Assembly: GCA_900767835.1 (NCBI GenBank)
Contig: CAAGAO010000025.1
Span: forward strand, 15,977 to 79,976
Length of the DNA stretch: 64,000 nt
Direction of reading: 5' to 3'
Source of the DNA: Clostridia bacterium
GTDB lineage: Bacteria > Bacillota > Clostridia > Christensenellales > UBA1242
Shown here: in pieces, positions 7,002 to 16,555 of the stretch
How the letters are laid out: each line of letters opens with the position of its first letter
Numbering within the stretch: the first letter of the stretch is position 1
Translations under genes and position numbers: made by a program
The notes under the pieces: model-generated
The model's input: only the letters and a program-made list of their open reading frames with translations
What the model was told of the DNA's origin: nothing
The model's database searches: none

Positions 7002-9119
7002 ATGGACAAACCTGAATTATTAGCACCAGCAGGTAATTTTGAAAGTTTAAAAATGGCAGTTTTTGCAGGAGCAACTGCCGTTTATTTTGGTGCAAAAAAC
7101 TTTAATGCTAGGGCAAAGGCAGAAAATTTTGGCGAAGATATGGCTAACGCAGTTGCCTTTGCTCATATGTATGGTGTAAAAGTATATTTAACACTTAACA
7201 CTTTGGTAGAAAACGAACAAATTAATGACCTATGCGAAACAATAAAATATGCTTTATCTTGCAAGGTTGATGCTTTTATTGTGCAAGATTTAGGTGTTGT
7301 TAATATCTTAAAAAATTGCTTTCCACAAGCGGTTATTCATGCTAGCACACAAATGGCTATAAATAACTATGAAGGTGCAATTCAAGCAGAAAAAATGGGA
7401 ATTACAAGAGTGGTTTTATCCCGCGAAACATCTTTAAATGATATAAAACTTATAAAAGAGAAAACAAATCTAGAAATCGAATATTTTATTCAAGGTGCAC
7501 TTTGTGTTTGTTTTTCTGGTAATTGCTATTTGTCATCTTGTCTATTTGGTAAAAGTGGAAATAAAGGAGAATGCCTGCAACCTTGCCGACTGCCATACAA
7601 AGCATTTTTAAAAGGTAATCAAATTGCAAGTGGTTATTTGTTTTCGGCAAAAGATTTGAATATGTCTGCACGACTAAAAGAACTTGTGGCTAGTGGTGTC
7701 ACTAGTTTTAAAATAGAAGGCAGACTCCGTAGACCAGCCTATGTATTTGAGACTACAAAGGTATATAGAGAAATTATAGACAATAACTATACAACCAATA
7801 AAAATGAGCAAACTAGACTTAAAAAAGCATTTAATCGTGGCGATTATTGTGAAGGTTATTTTAACGGCAATGCAGAAATAATTGATTCAAAAATTCAGGG
7901 GCATAAAGGCATAAAAATAGGAAACGTTGTATCATTTAAAAAAGGTAACAAGTTCAACATTTTAACCATAAAAGCAAGTAAAATAAGCAAAGGCGATGGT
8001 TTAAAATTTATCTTAAATAACCAAGAAATTGCAACAATAACAGCAATGGATATAAAACAGACAAATGATATATATCAAATAACAACAACAGCAAGCATTC
8101 AAAAAGGTTGTGATGTTTATTTAATTTTAGATAAACAAAGTGAGGACAAAGCACTCTCAATAAAAGTTCGTTTGCCATTATCTTTAGTTGTTGAAGCATA
8201 TATAGGGCAATCATTAAAATTAACATACACTCTTGACTATGGAATTAACTCTCATTTAAAAAAACTATCTGGCAAGGTTTATGGAGAAATATGCGAAAAA
8301 GCAAATACAATAAGTTTGACTTATGAGCAGGCAAAAGATAGTTTGCAAAAATTAAACGACACATATTTTTATTTAAAAAGTTTAGAATTAAAAACGGACA
8401 GTGTGTTTTTATCTAAAAAGCAATTAAACGAAATTCGAAGAAAAATGTTAGAAAATATTAATATTTATTTTTTAACAAAAAATGATGTTATTTTTAATAA
8501 AAACAATATAAATTTTTCTTTAGAAAATAAATATAAAAATAAGCAAAATTATTCGTTAGAAATTACAGAAAATTTCAATTCAAAAGCCGATTTTTTAGTT
8601 GTAAAACCAAAAGATTTTAAAAATTATAACTTTGCGCAAATTACTCATAAAAACGCCTATTTATATGTGCCATCTATTTTATCTAATATTGATTTGCAAC
8701 TAATTAAAAACATATTAAATAAATATCAAAATTTAGGTATTTATGCACAAAATTTAGGAGCATTAAATTTAAGTAATAAGGTAATTTTAGGTGCAAAATT
8801 AAACCTAAAAAATATGTTTGCAATTAATGAAGTTTTATCTTTATGCAAAGATGTAAAATTAATAGAAACAACTCCAGAACTCACAGAAAATAACTATAAC
8901 CTACTAAATGAAAACTATAGTTTACCAATGGTTAAGAGTAGTTTTGAAAACTTTGAATTAATGACTTTTGTGCATTGTCCTATTAAAACTATATTTAATA
9001 ATTCTTGTACTAATTGTAAATATGAAGATGGCATAGAATATAAAATGCAAAATGGCACAACCTTAAAACTTAACAGATACAAACTTTATAACTGTTATTT
9101 TTATTTGACAAAAGATTAA
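7002..9119 (+). CDS. peptidase U32 family protein, long form (Fe-S dependent RNA/quinone hydroxylase-like)
   Basis: U32 signature region EYFIQGALCVCFSGNCYLSSC...GECLQPCRLPY and FKIEGRLRRP. About 300-aa C-terminal extension. Confidence 0.85.
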   Translation: MDKPELLAPAGNFESLKMAVFAGATAVYFGAKNFNARAKAENFGEDMANAVAFAHMYGVKVYLTLNTLVENEQINDLCETIKYALSCKVDAFIVQDLGVVNILKNCFPQAVIHASTQMAINNYEGAIQAEKMGITRVVLSRETSLNDIKLIKEKTNLEIEYFIQGALCVCFSGNCYLSSCLFGKSGNKGECLQPCRLPYKAFLKGNQIASGYLFSAKDLNMSARLKELVASGVTSFKIEGRLRRPAYVFETTKVYREIIDNNYTTNKNEQTRLKKAFNRGDYCEGYFNGNAEIIDSKIQGHKGIKIGNVVSFKKGNKFNILTIKASKISKGDGLKFILNNQEIATITAMDIKQTNDIYQITTTASIQKGCDVYLILDKQSEDKALSIKVRLPLSLVVEAYIGQSLKLTYTLDYGINSHLKKLSGKVYGEICEKANTISLTYEQAKDSLQKLNDTYFYLKSLELKTDSVFLSKKQLNEIRRKMLENINIYFLTKNDVIFNKNNINFSLENKYKNKQNYSLEITENFNSKADFLVVKPKDFKNYNFAQITHKNAYLYVPSILSNIDLQLIKNILNKYQNLGIYAQNLGALNLSNKVILGAKLNLKNMFAINEVLSLCKDVKLIETTPELTENNYNLLNENYSLPMVKSSFENFELMTFVHCPIKTIFNNSCTNCKYEDGIEYKMQNGTTLKLNRYKLYNCYFYLTKD

Positions 9120-9126
9120 AAAATAA

Positions 9127-9155
9127 TTTACAACAACCGCTAAATGTGGTATATT
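9127..9155 (+). promoter_or_regulatory. candidate sigmaA promoter for nrdR (extended -10)
   Basis: TTTACA (9127-9132), 17-nt spacer, TGgTATATT (9147-9155). Confidence 0.5.
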
Positions 9156-9173
9156 AACAAAGCGAGGTTACAA

Positions 9174-9617
9174 ATGAAGTGTATATATTGTGGTTATGAA
9201 GAATCTAAAGTAGTAGACTCCCGTTCGACTGTTGAAACAAATTCTATCCGTAGAAGAAGGGAATGTTTAAATTGTGGCAAACGTTGGACAACCTATGAAA
9301 CAGTGGAAAGCACACCAATTTTAGTAGTAAAAAAGAATGGTTCAATTCAACCATTTGATAAAAGTAAAATAATCAACGGTATAATAAAAGCATGTGAAAA
9401 AAGGCCAGTTACTTTAACACAAATAGAAAACATTGCGGAAGATATTGAAAAAGAACTTAAAGACAATATGGTAAAAGAAGTTAATTCTATTTCAATAGGC
9501 GATTTGGTTATGGAAAGATTAAAACCATTAGATGATGTTGCATATGTTCGCTTTGCATCAGTTTATCGCCATTTTACTGATATAGACAACTTTAAAAATT
9601 TTATAAAAGATATTTAA
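9174..9617 (+). CDS. nrdR: transcriptional repressor NrdR
   Basis: MKCIYCGY...DSR...RRRRECLNCGKRWTTYE zinc ribbon plus ATP-cone. Confidence 0.95.
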   Translation: MKCIYCGYEESKVVDSRSTVETNSIRRRRECLNCGKRWTTYETVESTPILVVKKNGSIQPFDKSKIINGIIKACEKRPVTLTQIENIAEDIEKELKDNMVKEVNSISIGDLVMERLKPLDDVAYVRFASVYRHFTDIDNFKNFIKDI

Positions 9618-9628
9618 TTTATGGCAAT

Positions 9629-9656
9629 AAGGCAACCAAAGTTGCCTTTTGTTTTT
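9629..9656 (+). terminator. intrinsic terminator after nrdR
   Basis: AAGGCAAC-caaa-GTTGCCTT followed by TTGTTTTT. Confidence 0.75.
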
Positions 9657-9736
9657 AAGTGCTATTTGACAAAATGTTTTTTTAATTAAAACTTAATTTA
9701 GATATAACTTTTACTAAAAAGGGAAAAATATAAAAT

Positions 9737-10735
9737 ATGGAAAAAAGAAACTTTTATACCCAAACAGATGCTTGCAAAACTTTTTTGTGGGCATTGTTAG
9801 TACCACAAGCATTGGCACTTTTGATAGCCATAATTTTTTCATATTTTTATAAAACATCAGCGGAATTATCGGCATCTCTAGTTTATTTGTTTGTTGCGAC
9901 TATTGTTGCTCAACTTGCTTTTGCTTTGGTTATTTTTTTGTATAATAAAAAAAATAATATTAATTTTATAAAAGCAACAAATTTAAAAACAAAAAATTTA
10001 AGTGCAAAGAACATATTAATTTGCGTTTGCATATCTATGATTGCGGTATTTGGACTTTATAATTTTATCAATATGTTTGGTAAAGTTTTTATAAAATTAG
10101 GTTTTCCTTCTTTAGGAGTATCCTTGCCAAATAACACAATATATTGGTTTATAATAAATGTAGTTCTACTTGCTATTGTGCCTGCTTTTTTTGAAGAGTT
10201 GATTTTTAGAGGTATGATATTTAATGGGTTAAGAAAAAGCGGTTTTTGGTTTGCAAGTTTAATTTCAGCACTAATGTTTACACTTGTCCATATGTCTATA
10301 CATCAAATGATTTTTCCATTTATTATGGGTGTTGTGTTTGCTTTAATTTTAGAGAAAACAGGTTCGCTTTTTTACACAATTATAACGCATTTTTGTAATA
10401 ATTTTATAGTGCTTTTAATAACATATATTAGCAATATTTCTGGTAAAGATTTTTTATATATTGATGTAAAAACATTTCCAATGGCATTACTTGTCACATT
10501 TATTGCACTTGTTGCTCTTGCTATAATATGGCTACTAATAAAATTTGTTTTAACAAACAAAAACAAGCAAGAAACTAATAAAAAAACAGAAAATTTAAAC
10601 ATATTACAAGAAGATGACGCAAATGATTTGACAAATGCTGACAAAAAAAGACAATATTATAAATATCTGATTGGAGCGATTGCTTCAGGGGTAATCATTT
10701 GGTTAGTGTATGTTATAAGTGAATTTGTAGCATAA
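9737..10735 (+). CDS. CPBP family intramembrane glutamic endopeptidase (CAAX/Abi-like)
   Basis: FFEELIFRG, FTLVHM and HFCNNF motifs in a polytopic protein. Confidence 0.8.
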   Translation: MEKRNFYTQTDACKTFLWALLVPQALALLIAIIFSYFYKTSAELSASLVYLFVATIVAQLAFALVIFLYNKKNNINFIKATNLKTKNLSAKNILICVCISMIAVFGLYNFINMFGKVFIKLGFPSLGVSLPNNTIYWFIINVVLLAIVPAFFEELIFRGMIFNGLRKSGFWFASLISALMFTLVHMSIHQMIFPFIMGVVFALILEKTGSLFYTIITHFCNNFIVLLITYISNISGKDFLYIDVKTFPMALLVTFIALVALAIIWLLIKFVLTNKNKQETNKKTENLNILQEDDANDLTNADKKRQYYKYLIGAIASGVIIWLVYVISEFVA

Positions 10736-10746
10736 ATAGGAGATAT

Positions 10747-11901
10747 ATGGATAAAAAGCGCAGTTTATTTTTTGATACGAGTTTAATATATTTTATAGTA
10801 ATTATTTTATTTGTAGGCTTAAGAATTTTTACTAATCTTGTACCTATAAATGATGGTGTAAGTGTACTTTTGAATTTTTTAATTCAGATTGGTTTTATGT
10901 TTTTAGTTCCGCTTGTATTATACAAGTTGCTACGTAAAAGAAAGACCAAAGAAGTATTCAAAGAATTCAATGTTAAAAAAATCAACTTTAAAGCAATTCT
11001 AATAACAATATTAATTGGTTTTATTGTGTATTTTTTAAACTTAGCAATAGCATCATTCTTTAATATTTTTATTTATGGAACAGGCTATGACCCAAGTTTT
11101 GGTATGTCATCAGCTACCACAAGTTATCCAACAATAAACTTTATACGAGATATAATAATTACCGCAATATTACCAGGAATTTGCGAGGAGTTTTGTCATA
11201 GAGGACTTTTAGTAAATGGATATAAGCAACTAGGTATGAAAAAAACTATTATATTAGTTGGTTTCTTATTTGGCTTAATGCATTTAAATATTGAACAGTT
11301 TTTCTATGCAAGTGTTATAGGTATGTTTTTAACATTCCTTGTGTATGTAACAGGTTCAATAATTCCATCAATGATTGTGCATTTTATGAACAATTTTATG
11401 GGGCTATATTTAACTTTTGCTAGTTTCCACAATTTGCCACTTGGCAAGTTTTCAGAAAAATTAGGAAGCGCTCTTGTTAATAGTGATGCATTTTTAGCAT
11501 TTGTAGCAATTATATTTTTTGTGATACTTTTCTTAGGTCTACTTGCATTTTTAGTATATGTACTGATGAAAAATACAAGAGTAAAACAATTTGAAAAATT
11601 GGCACAAAAAGCAATAGAGAAAAAACAACGCGAAGAATTGTTTAACGAATTTAACCTTGATGCAAATGAAATTGATAAAGCAGAAGGCAAAACCGAAGAT
11701 GAAAAAATGCCAGAAGTTGTATTCAAAAACAGACCAAACGGTTTGCGAGGAGTTATTGTTGATATTAATTTTACTAACAATATGCTAGAAGGAGAGTATT
11801 TTATAAAAAAACCAAGTTTAAAGGATAAAATATTCCTATATGGCACAATCTTTATCGGTGTTGTTATCACAATTTCAACTCTAATTTGGGGACTACTTTA
11901 A
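10747..11901 (+). CDS. CPBP family intramembrane glutamic endopeptidase, paralog with charged C-terminal extension
   Basis: ICEEFCHRG, GLMHLN and VHFMNNF motifs. Extra charged linker plus a terminal TM segment. Confidence 0.8.
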   Translation: MDKKRSLFFDTSLIYFIVIILFVGLRIFTNLVPINDGVSVLLNFLIQIGFMFLVPLVLYKLLRKRKTKEVFKEFNVKKINFKAILITILIGFIVYFLNLAIASFFNIFIYGTGYDPSFGMSSATTSYPTINFIRDIIITAILPGICEEFCHRGLLVNGYKQLGMKKTIILVGFLFGLMHLNIEQFFYASVIGMFLTFLVYVTGSIIPSMIVHFMNNFMGLYLTFASFHNLPLGKFSEKLGSALVNSDAFLAFVAIIFFVILFLGLLAFLVYVLMKNTRVKQFEKLAQKAIEKKQREELFNEFNLDANEIDKAEGKTEDEKMPEVVFKNRPNGLRGVIVDINFTNNMLEGEYFIKKPSLKDKIFLYGTIFIGVVITISTLIWGLL

Positions 11902-11917
11902 TTTGAATATTAAGACT

Positions 11918-11962
11918 AAAAACAAGACAATAGTTTATTGTTACAATTTGTCTTGTTTTTTT
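11918..11962 (+). terminator. intrinsic terminator after the CPBP pair
   Basis: AAAAACAAGACAA / TTGTCTTGTTTTT stem, 17-nt loop, T-run. Confidence 0.7.
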
Positions 11963-11981
11963 AGATAAAAAAAGGATATTT

Positions 11982-12440
11982 ATGATAAAAATAAACATTT
12001 TATGTGTGGGGAATTTAAAGGATAAGTTTTTTATAGATGCTAGCGGGGAGTATTTAAAAAGGCTATCTCGTTTTTGTCAATGCAATGTTAAAGAATTAAA
12101 AGAATATACAAATTTAGAAAATATTGAGCAAATTAAACAAGCTGAAGGTCAAGAAATAATGAACAACCTAAGAGGTTATACCGTACTTCTTGATGTTAAA
12201 GGTAAAGAGATGTCCAGTGAACAGTTTGCAACTTTAATTAAAGATATCTCTTTAACGAGTAGCGAAATTACATTTGTTATAGGTGGTTCATATGGCGTAA
12301 GTGAACAAGTAAAACAAAAAGTAAATTTTAAACTTAGTGTATCTCCAATGACATTTCCGCACAGGTTATTTAGAGTAATGCTTTTGGAACAAATATATAG
12401 AGCTTTTACAATTTTAAATAACATTAATTACCATAAATAA
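11982..12440 (+). CDS. rlmH: 23S rRNA (pseudouridine1915-N3)-methyltransferase RlmH
   Basis: SPOUT/DUF163 size and pattern (ITFVIGGSYG, FPHRLFRVMLLEQIYRAF, C-terminal YHK). Confidence 0.9.
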   Translation: MIKINILCVGNLKDKFFIDASGEYLKRLSRFCQCNVKELKEYTNLENIEQIKQAEGQEIMNNLRGYTVLLDVKGKEMSSEQFATLIKDISLTSSEITFVIGGSYGVSEQVKQKVNFKLSVSPMTFPHRLFRVMLLEQIYRAFTILNNINYHK

Positions 12441-12480
12441 AAATTTTGTTTAATAAAGATATAATCAATTTGGAGTTTAT

Positions 12481-12924
12481 ATGAATGAAAAATATATGCA
12501 AATAGCATTAAGAGAGGCAAAAAGTAGTTTTAATTTAAATGAAGTCCCAATAGGTGCAGTTATTGTAAAAGACGACATAATAATTGCAAAGGCACACAAT
12601 ACTCGAAATAAAACACAAAACGCAATTAATCACGCTGAAATATTAGCCATATCAAAAGCGTGTAAAAAATTAAAATCTTGGAGATTAGAAGATTGCGATA
12701 TATATGTCACACTTGAACCTTGCCCAATGTGTGCAGGAGCAATTTTAAATGCAAGAATAAAAAATTTATATTTTGGAGCATACGACAAAACAAGTAAAAC
12801 GAACATATTAAATCTAATAATGCAAGATGATAGGTTAAATCATAAAACTTATGTTAAAGGCGGAATTTTAGAGCAGACTTGTAGCGAACTTTTAACCAAC
12901 TTTTTTAAAGCAAAAAGGAAATAG
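12481..12924 (+). CDS. tadA: tRNA adenosine(34) deaminase TadA
   Basis: CDA zinc motifs HAEILAI and PCPMCAGA. 147 aa. Confidence 0.9.
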   Translation: MNEKYMQIALREAKSSFNLNEVPIGAVIVKDDIIIAKAHNTRNKTQNAINHAEILAISKACKKLKSWRLEDCDIYVTLEPCPMCAGAILNARIKNLYFGAYDKTSKTNILNLIMQDDRLNHKTYVKGGILEQTCSELLTNFFKAKRK

Positions 12925-12958
12925 TGCTTTATTTATAGTTCGGTTTGTGATGTTGTAT

Positions 12959-13045
12959 ACCCATAGGAAGTAAAATTTTGTATTCAATAAAATTTTGAAA
13001 TTGTTAGCACAATTTCGTTTGCTAATGCAAACACTTCCTATGGGT
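12959..13045. repeat. nested-hairpin element, copy B
   Basis: 13-bp outer stem ACCCATAGGAAGT / ACTTCCTATGGGT encloses three abutting hairpins: 12972-12996, GAAATTGT-tagc-ACAATTTC (12997-13016), GTTTGC-taat-GCAAAC (13017-13032). Confidence 0.8.
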
Positions 13046-13195
13046 TTATAAGACTTTAATGTGAAAACGGAAATTTATAAACAATGTTAAAATTTTTCAA
13101 TAAGATATATTGAGTTCCATATACTTTCTTAAAAATAACCCTGTTTAAATGATTTGTTAAATCATTAATGTAAAGGATTAAGCATATTATAGAAT

Positions 13196-13456
13196 ATGTT
13201 TAATTTTTTTAACGAAATTAAAAGCAAATTTAAGGGTATGCAAGATGTGGTATTGCCTTACCAAAGCGTAATGCTTGGTAATTTTTTGCTATATGTAGAG
13301 GGTTTTTCATCGCTTATAACTTATACAAAAGAAACAATAGTATTTAAAGTTAAAAGTGGAGTTCTTACCATCTTTGGCAAAGACTTACAAATAAAAGAGA
13401 TGTCGCCATCAACAATAACCATAACAGGAACTATTTCACAGGTGGAGTATATATGA
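13196..13456 (+). CDS. yqfC: sporulation protein YqfC (YabP/YqfC family)
   Basis: 86 aa with an alternating beta-strand pattern (LYVEGFSSLITYTKETIVFKV...LTIFGKDLQIKEM). Overlaps yqfD. Conserved position upstream of ybeY-era. Confidence 0.8.
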   Translation: MFNFFNEIKSKFKGMQDVVLPYQSVMLGNFLLYVEGFSSLITYTKETIVFKVKSGVLTIFGKDLQIKEMSPSTITITGTISQVEYI

Positions 13457-14574
13457 TAAATTGTATTGAATATACTTTAAAAAATTTTAACAGAGAAAGA
13501 ACTTTAGCAAAAATTTTACAAGTATGTGAAGTAAAAAATGTAAAGATTTTTGATGATACATACAGTTTTCAAGTTAATAAAAAAAACAAAAAAAAAGTAA
13601 ATAAGATATTAGATAAATTTGATATTAAGGTGCTAAATACTAAATACAAAGGAGTGATTCCTTTTTTAAATAACACAATTTTTAGAATAGGCATTATCAT
13701 TCCAATAGTTTTATTTTTGATTTTTCTATGTGTTAGCAATGCCTTTGTTTTTGATTATAAAGTTTTTGGTAATGAATTAGTTTCTTACGAAGAAATAGAA
13801 AATGTATTAACAAATCAAGACATAACTGGCATAACAAAAAAATCTAACATAGACACAACAAAACTAACAAATGCTCTGCAAGAAATAGACAAGGTAAGTT
13901 TAGTAAGTGTTGTAATTAAAGGCAACACACTTATAATTAATATAAAAGAAAAGGTGTACAATTCAGAGTATGAAGATAAAGGGGAGTTTGTTCCGCTAGT
14001 AAGCGGTTTTAATGGTATTGTTACAGAAATAAGTTTAATTCAAGGTACACCTCTTGTTAAAGTTGGACAAACAGTAAAAGTAGGGCAAAAATTAGTTGCT
14101 CCATATGTGACCGATACACAAGGACAAATATTATCAGTAAGACCAATGGCAGATATTAAAGCAGATGTGTTTTTAACGACAATAACACAAGTGCCAGACA
14201 CTTTAAATAAAATGATAGATACAGGAAATACAATAAAGAATAAAACAATATCACTTTTCAACATAGATATTTTTTCAAGATGTAACACAAACACCTTTAA
14301 ATGTTATAGAAAAGAAGAAAAAACAATCAGTATGTCAAACAATATAATTCTGCCAATTAAAATAAAAGAAACTGTATTTTATGAACAAACCGAACAAATA
14401 ATAGAAGACTATTACAACTCCAACAAAGACGAAATTTTGCAAGATTGCCAGCAAAAAACTAGACAATTAGTAGAGAGTTGTGAGATAATAAAAGAAGAAT
14501 ACAAAACTATAACCAAAGTTGCAAATATAAATCAAATTAGTTATACTGTAGTTGTTAACAAATCTATATGCTAG
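13453..14574 (+). CDS. yqfD: sporulation protein YqfD
   Basis: About 370 aa with a single central TM segment. 4-nt overlap with yqfC. Conserved yqfC-yqfD-ybeY synteny. Confidence 0.75.
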   Translation: MINCIEYTLKNFNRERTLAKILQVCEVKNVKIFDDTYSFQVNKKNKKKVNKILDKFDIKVLNTKYKGVIPFLNNTIFRIGIIIPIVLFLIFLCVSNAFVFDYKVFGNELVSYEEIENVLTNQDITGITKKSNIDTTKLTNALQEIDKVSLVSVVIKGNTLIINIKEKVYNSEYEDKGEFVPLVSGFNGIVTEISLIQGTPLVKVGQTVKVGQKLVAPYVTDTQGQILSVRPMADIKADVFLTTITQVPDTLNKMIDTGNTIKNKTISLFNIDIFSRCNTNTFKCYRKEEKTISMSNNIILPIKIKETVFYEQTEQIIEDYYNSNKDEILQDCQQKTRQLVESCEIIKEEYKTITKVANINQISYTVVVNKSIC

Positions 14575-14615
14575 TTAATCTTTTAAATTTTGTATTCACA
14601 AATAAAGGATAAAAA

Positions 14616-15074
14616 ATGATTATTAACTTTAATGACTTTACAAACGAAGAAATGAAGAACATACAAAAAGTTTATTCTGTAGCAGAAAAAGAACTTTTGC
14701 TTTCTAAAGAAATGGAAGTAAACCTAGTCATTGTATCTCCAGAAACTATAAAAGAAATGAACAATGAATATAGGCAGGTTGATAGAGTAACAGATGTATT
14801 GTCGTTTCCAATGCTAGATAATATTGACGATTTAAACAAGGAGTGTGATGCTATTTTGGGAGAAGTTAACATTGGCGATATATACATTTGTCGTGAAAGA
14901 GCAACTGAGCAAGCGATTGAGTATAAGCATAGTTTAAAACGCGAAATATGTTTTCTAGCATTGCATGGGTTGTTACATCTTTTGGGGTATGATCATATAA
15001 AAAAAGAAGACGAGCAAGTTATGTTTCAACTCCAAGATAAAATTTTGCAGATGGCGAAAATTACAAGAGATTAG
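14616..15074 (+). CDS. ybeY: rRNA maturation endoribonuclease YbeY
   Basis: HGLLHLLGYDH zinc motif. 152 aa. Confidence 0.9.
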   Translation: MIINFNDFTNEEMKNIQKVYSVAEKELLLSKEMEVNLVIVSPETIKEMNNEYRQVDRVTDVLSFPMLDNIDDLNKECDAILGEVNIGDIYICRERATEQAIEYKHSLKREICFLALHGLLHLLGYDHIKKEDEQVMFQLQDKILQMAKITRD

Positions 15075-15212
15075 TTTTTATTATAAAGTATTATTTTAAC
15101 ATTAATTTTTAATCAATCTAAGTCATTTTGATTTATTAAAAACTATACAATTATTATTAATTATCATTTTTTATTAAATTATTGCTAAAGCAATAACTAT
15201 CAAAAGGAGTAT

Positions 15213-16118
15213 ATGATGACATACAAAAGCGGATATGTAAGTTTAGTGGGAAAAGCAAACGCGGGCAAAAGCACCCTAATTAATGCATTAATTGGTGAAA
15301 AGGTTGCCATTGTTTCTCCTAAGCCACAAACTACAAGAAATAATATTATGGGCATTTTAACAAAGGATAATTATCAACTTGTCTTTGTTGACACCCCGGG
15401 CATTCATACATCAAAAAATGCATTAGATAAATATATGATGAAAAATGTTCGTTCGGCAATAGGCGGAAGTGATATAGTCGTTTATTTATTAGACGGAAGC
15501 AAAAAGCTTTTAGATGACGAAATAAAATACATTGAAAACTTAACAAATAAAGAAAATCCAGTAATAGTGGCTATCACAAAAGTAGATATTTTAAAATATG
15601 AAAAAGTATATCCAATACTTGCAAGACTTTCGGAAATTAAAGGAATAAAAGAAATTGTACCATTATCGTCTTTAAAAAAACGCAACTTAGACGTCTTGGA
15701 AAATGCAATATTAAAACTATTGCCAGAAAGTGAAACAAAAAACTTTTTATTCAATGAAGATGAGTACACCGACAAATCTGTCCGCTTTTTAGTAGCAGAA
15801 ATAATTAGAGAAAAAGCATTATACTTGTATGATGAAGAAATACCTCATGGCTTAGCCATAGAAGTTGTAAAATTTGATGAAGAAGAAAGTATAGCAAATA
15901 TTGACATAGATATAATATGCGAACGAGATAGCCATAAGGCAATTATCATAGGCAAAAAAGGCTATAAATTAAAAGAACTGGGCGAGCAGTCAAGAAAAGC
16001 CATAGAAGAACTTTTGCAAAAAAAAGTTATGCTTAAACTATTTGTAAAAACTAAAAAGAATTGGCGAAATAATCAAAACGAATTAAATGATTTTGGTTAT
16101 AACGAAAATATTGACTGA
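15213..16118 (+). CDS. era: GTPase Era
   Basis: GKANAGKSTLINAL, DTPG and TKVD motifs plus a KH domain C-terminus. Confidence 0.95.
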   Translation: MMTYKSGYVSLVGKANAGKSTLINALIGEKVAIVSPKPQTTRNNIMGILTKDNYQLVFVDTPGIHTSKNALDKYMMKNVRSAIGGSDIVVYLLDGSKKLLDDEIKYIENLTNKENPVIVAITKVDILKYEKVYPILARLSEIKGIKEIVPLSSLKKRNLDVLENAILKLLPESETKNFLFNEDEYTDKSVRFLVAEIIREKALYLYDEEIPHGLAIEVVKFDEEESIANIDIDIICERDSHKAIIIGKKGYKLKELGEQSRKAIEELLQKKVMLKLFVKTKKNWRNNQNELNDFGYNENID

Positions 16119-16370
16119 TAACTAAATTTATTAACATATGCAAGTATGAACAAATGCATCAATATTTAATAAATTTGCTTATTAAGGTTACTTTTAATGT
16201 ATTTTTTACTAAATTAATTGATTGGTTAAAATAACAAGTTTTAATGCTTGTTTAAATTTACAAAACAGCAAAAATAAAAAATTTTTAATAAAAGTTAAAA
16301 ATTGTTTTCATTTTTTTGAAAAAATGCATACAATAAATATATGATAAAATTACAAGGGAGGTAATTAATT

Positions 16371-16535
16371 ATGAACGAAAAATTTTCTTGCAAAGCATCA
16401 AGGTTGTCTTGGGAACTTTTTAAACGCACAGGTAAAATTAATTATTATCTTTTGTATAAAAATATAGAATTGTCACCAAATCCAACAAAGGCTGATTTTA
16501 TTGATGACGAAAAAGATAACGGAATGGAAAGATAG
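16371..16535 (+). CDS. yqzL: YqzL-like small protein (54 aa)
   Basis: Not in the ORF track (below the size cutoff). AAGGGAGG RBS 6 nt before ATG 16371. SWELFKRTGKINYYLLYKNIE resembles the YqzL family. Same era-yqzL-recO position as in B. subtilis. Confidence 0.6.
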   Translation: MNEKFSCKASRLSWELFKRTGKINYYLLYKNIELSPNPTKADFIDDEKDNGMER

Positions 16536-16555
16536 TTTTTTTGTTTATATAATAA

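Noticed and set aside
11304-11870. 188-aa minus-strand ORF
   Set aside because: It is antisense to the second CPBP protease gene, whose motifs are clear. It is a shadow ORF.
12959-13045. Whether the four-helix nested-hairpin elements are tRNA or tRNA-like genes
   Set aside because: There is no GTTC T-loop, no 7-nt anticodon loop and no D-loop features. The arm lengths (6-13 bp) are wrong and there are no junction nucleotides. They are kept as a repeat or structured-element family instead.
13579-13596. A8-C-A9 homopolymer tracts inside yqfD as a possible slippage or phase-variation site
   Set aside because: They encode an in-frame Lys/Asn-rich linker (NKKNKKKVNK) in a genome where such tracts are common. 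There is no evidence of frameshifted alternatives.
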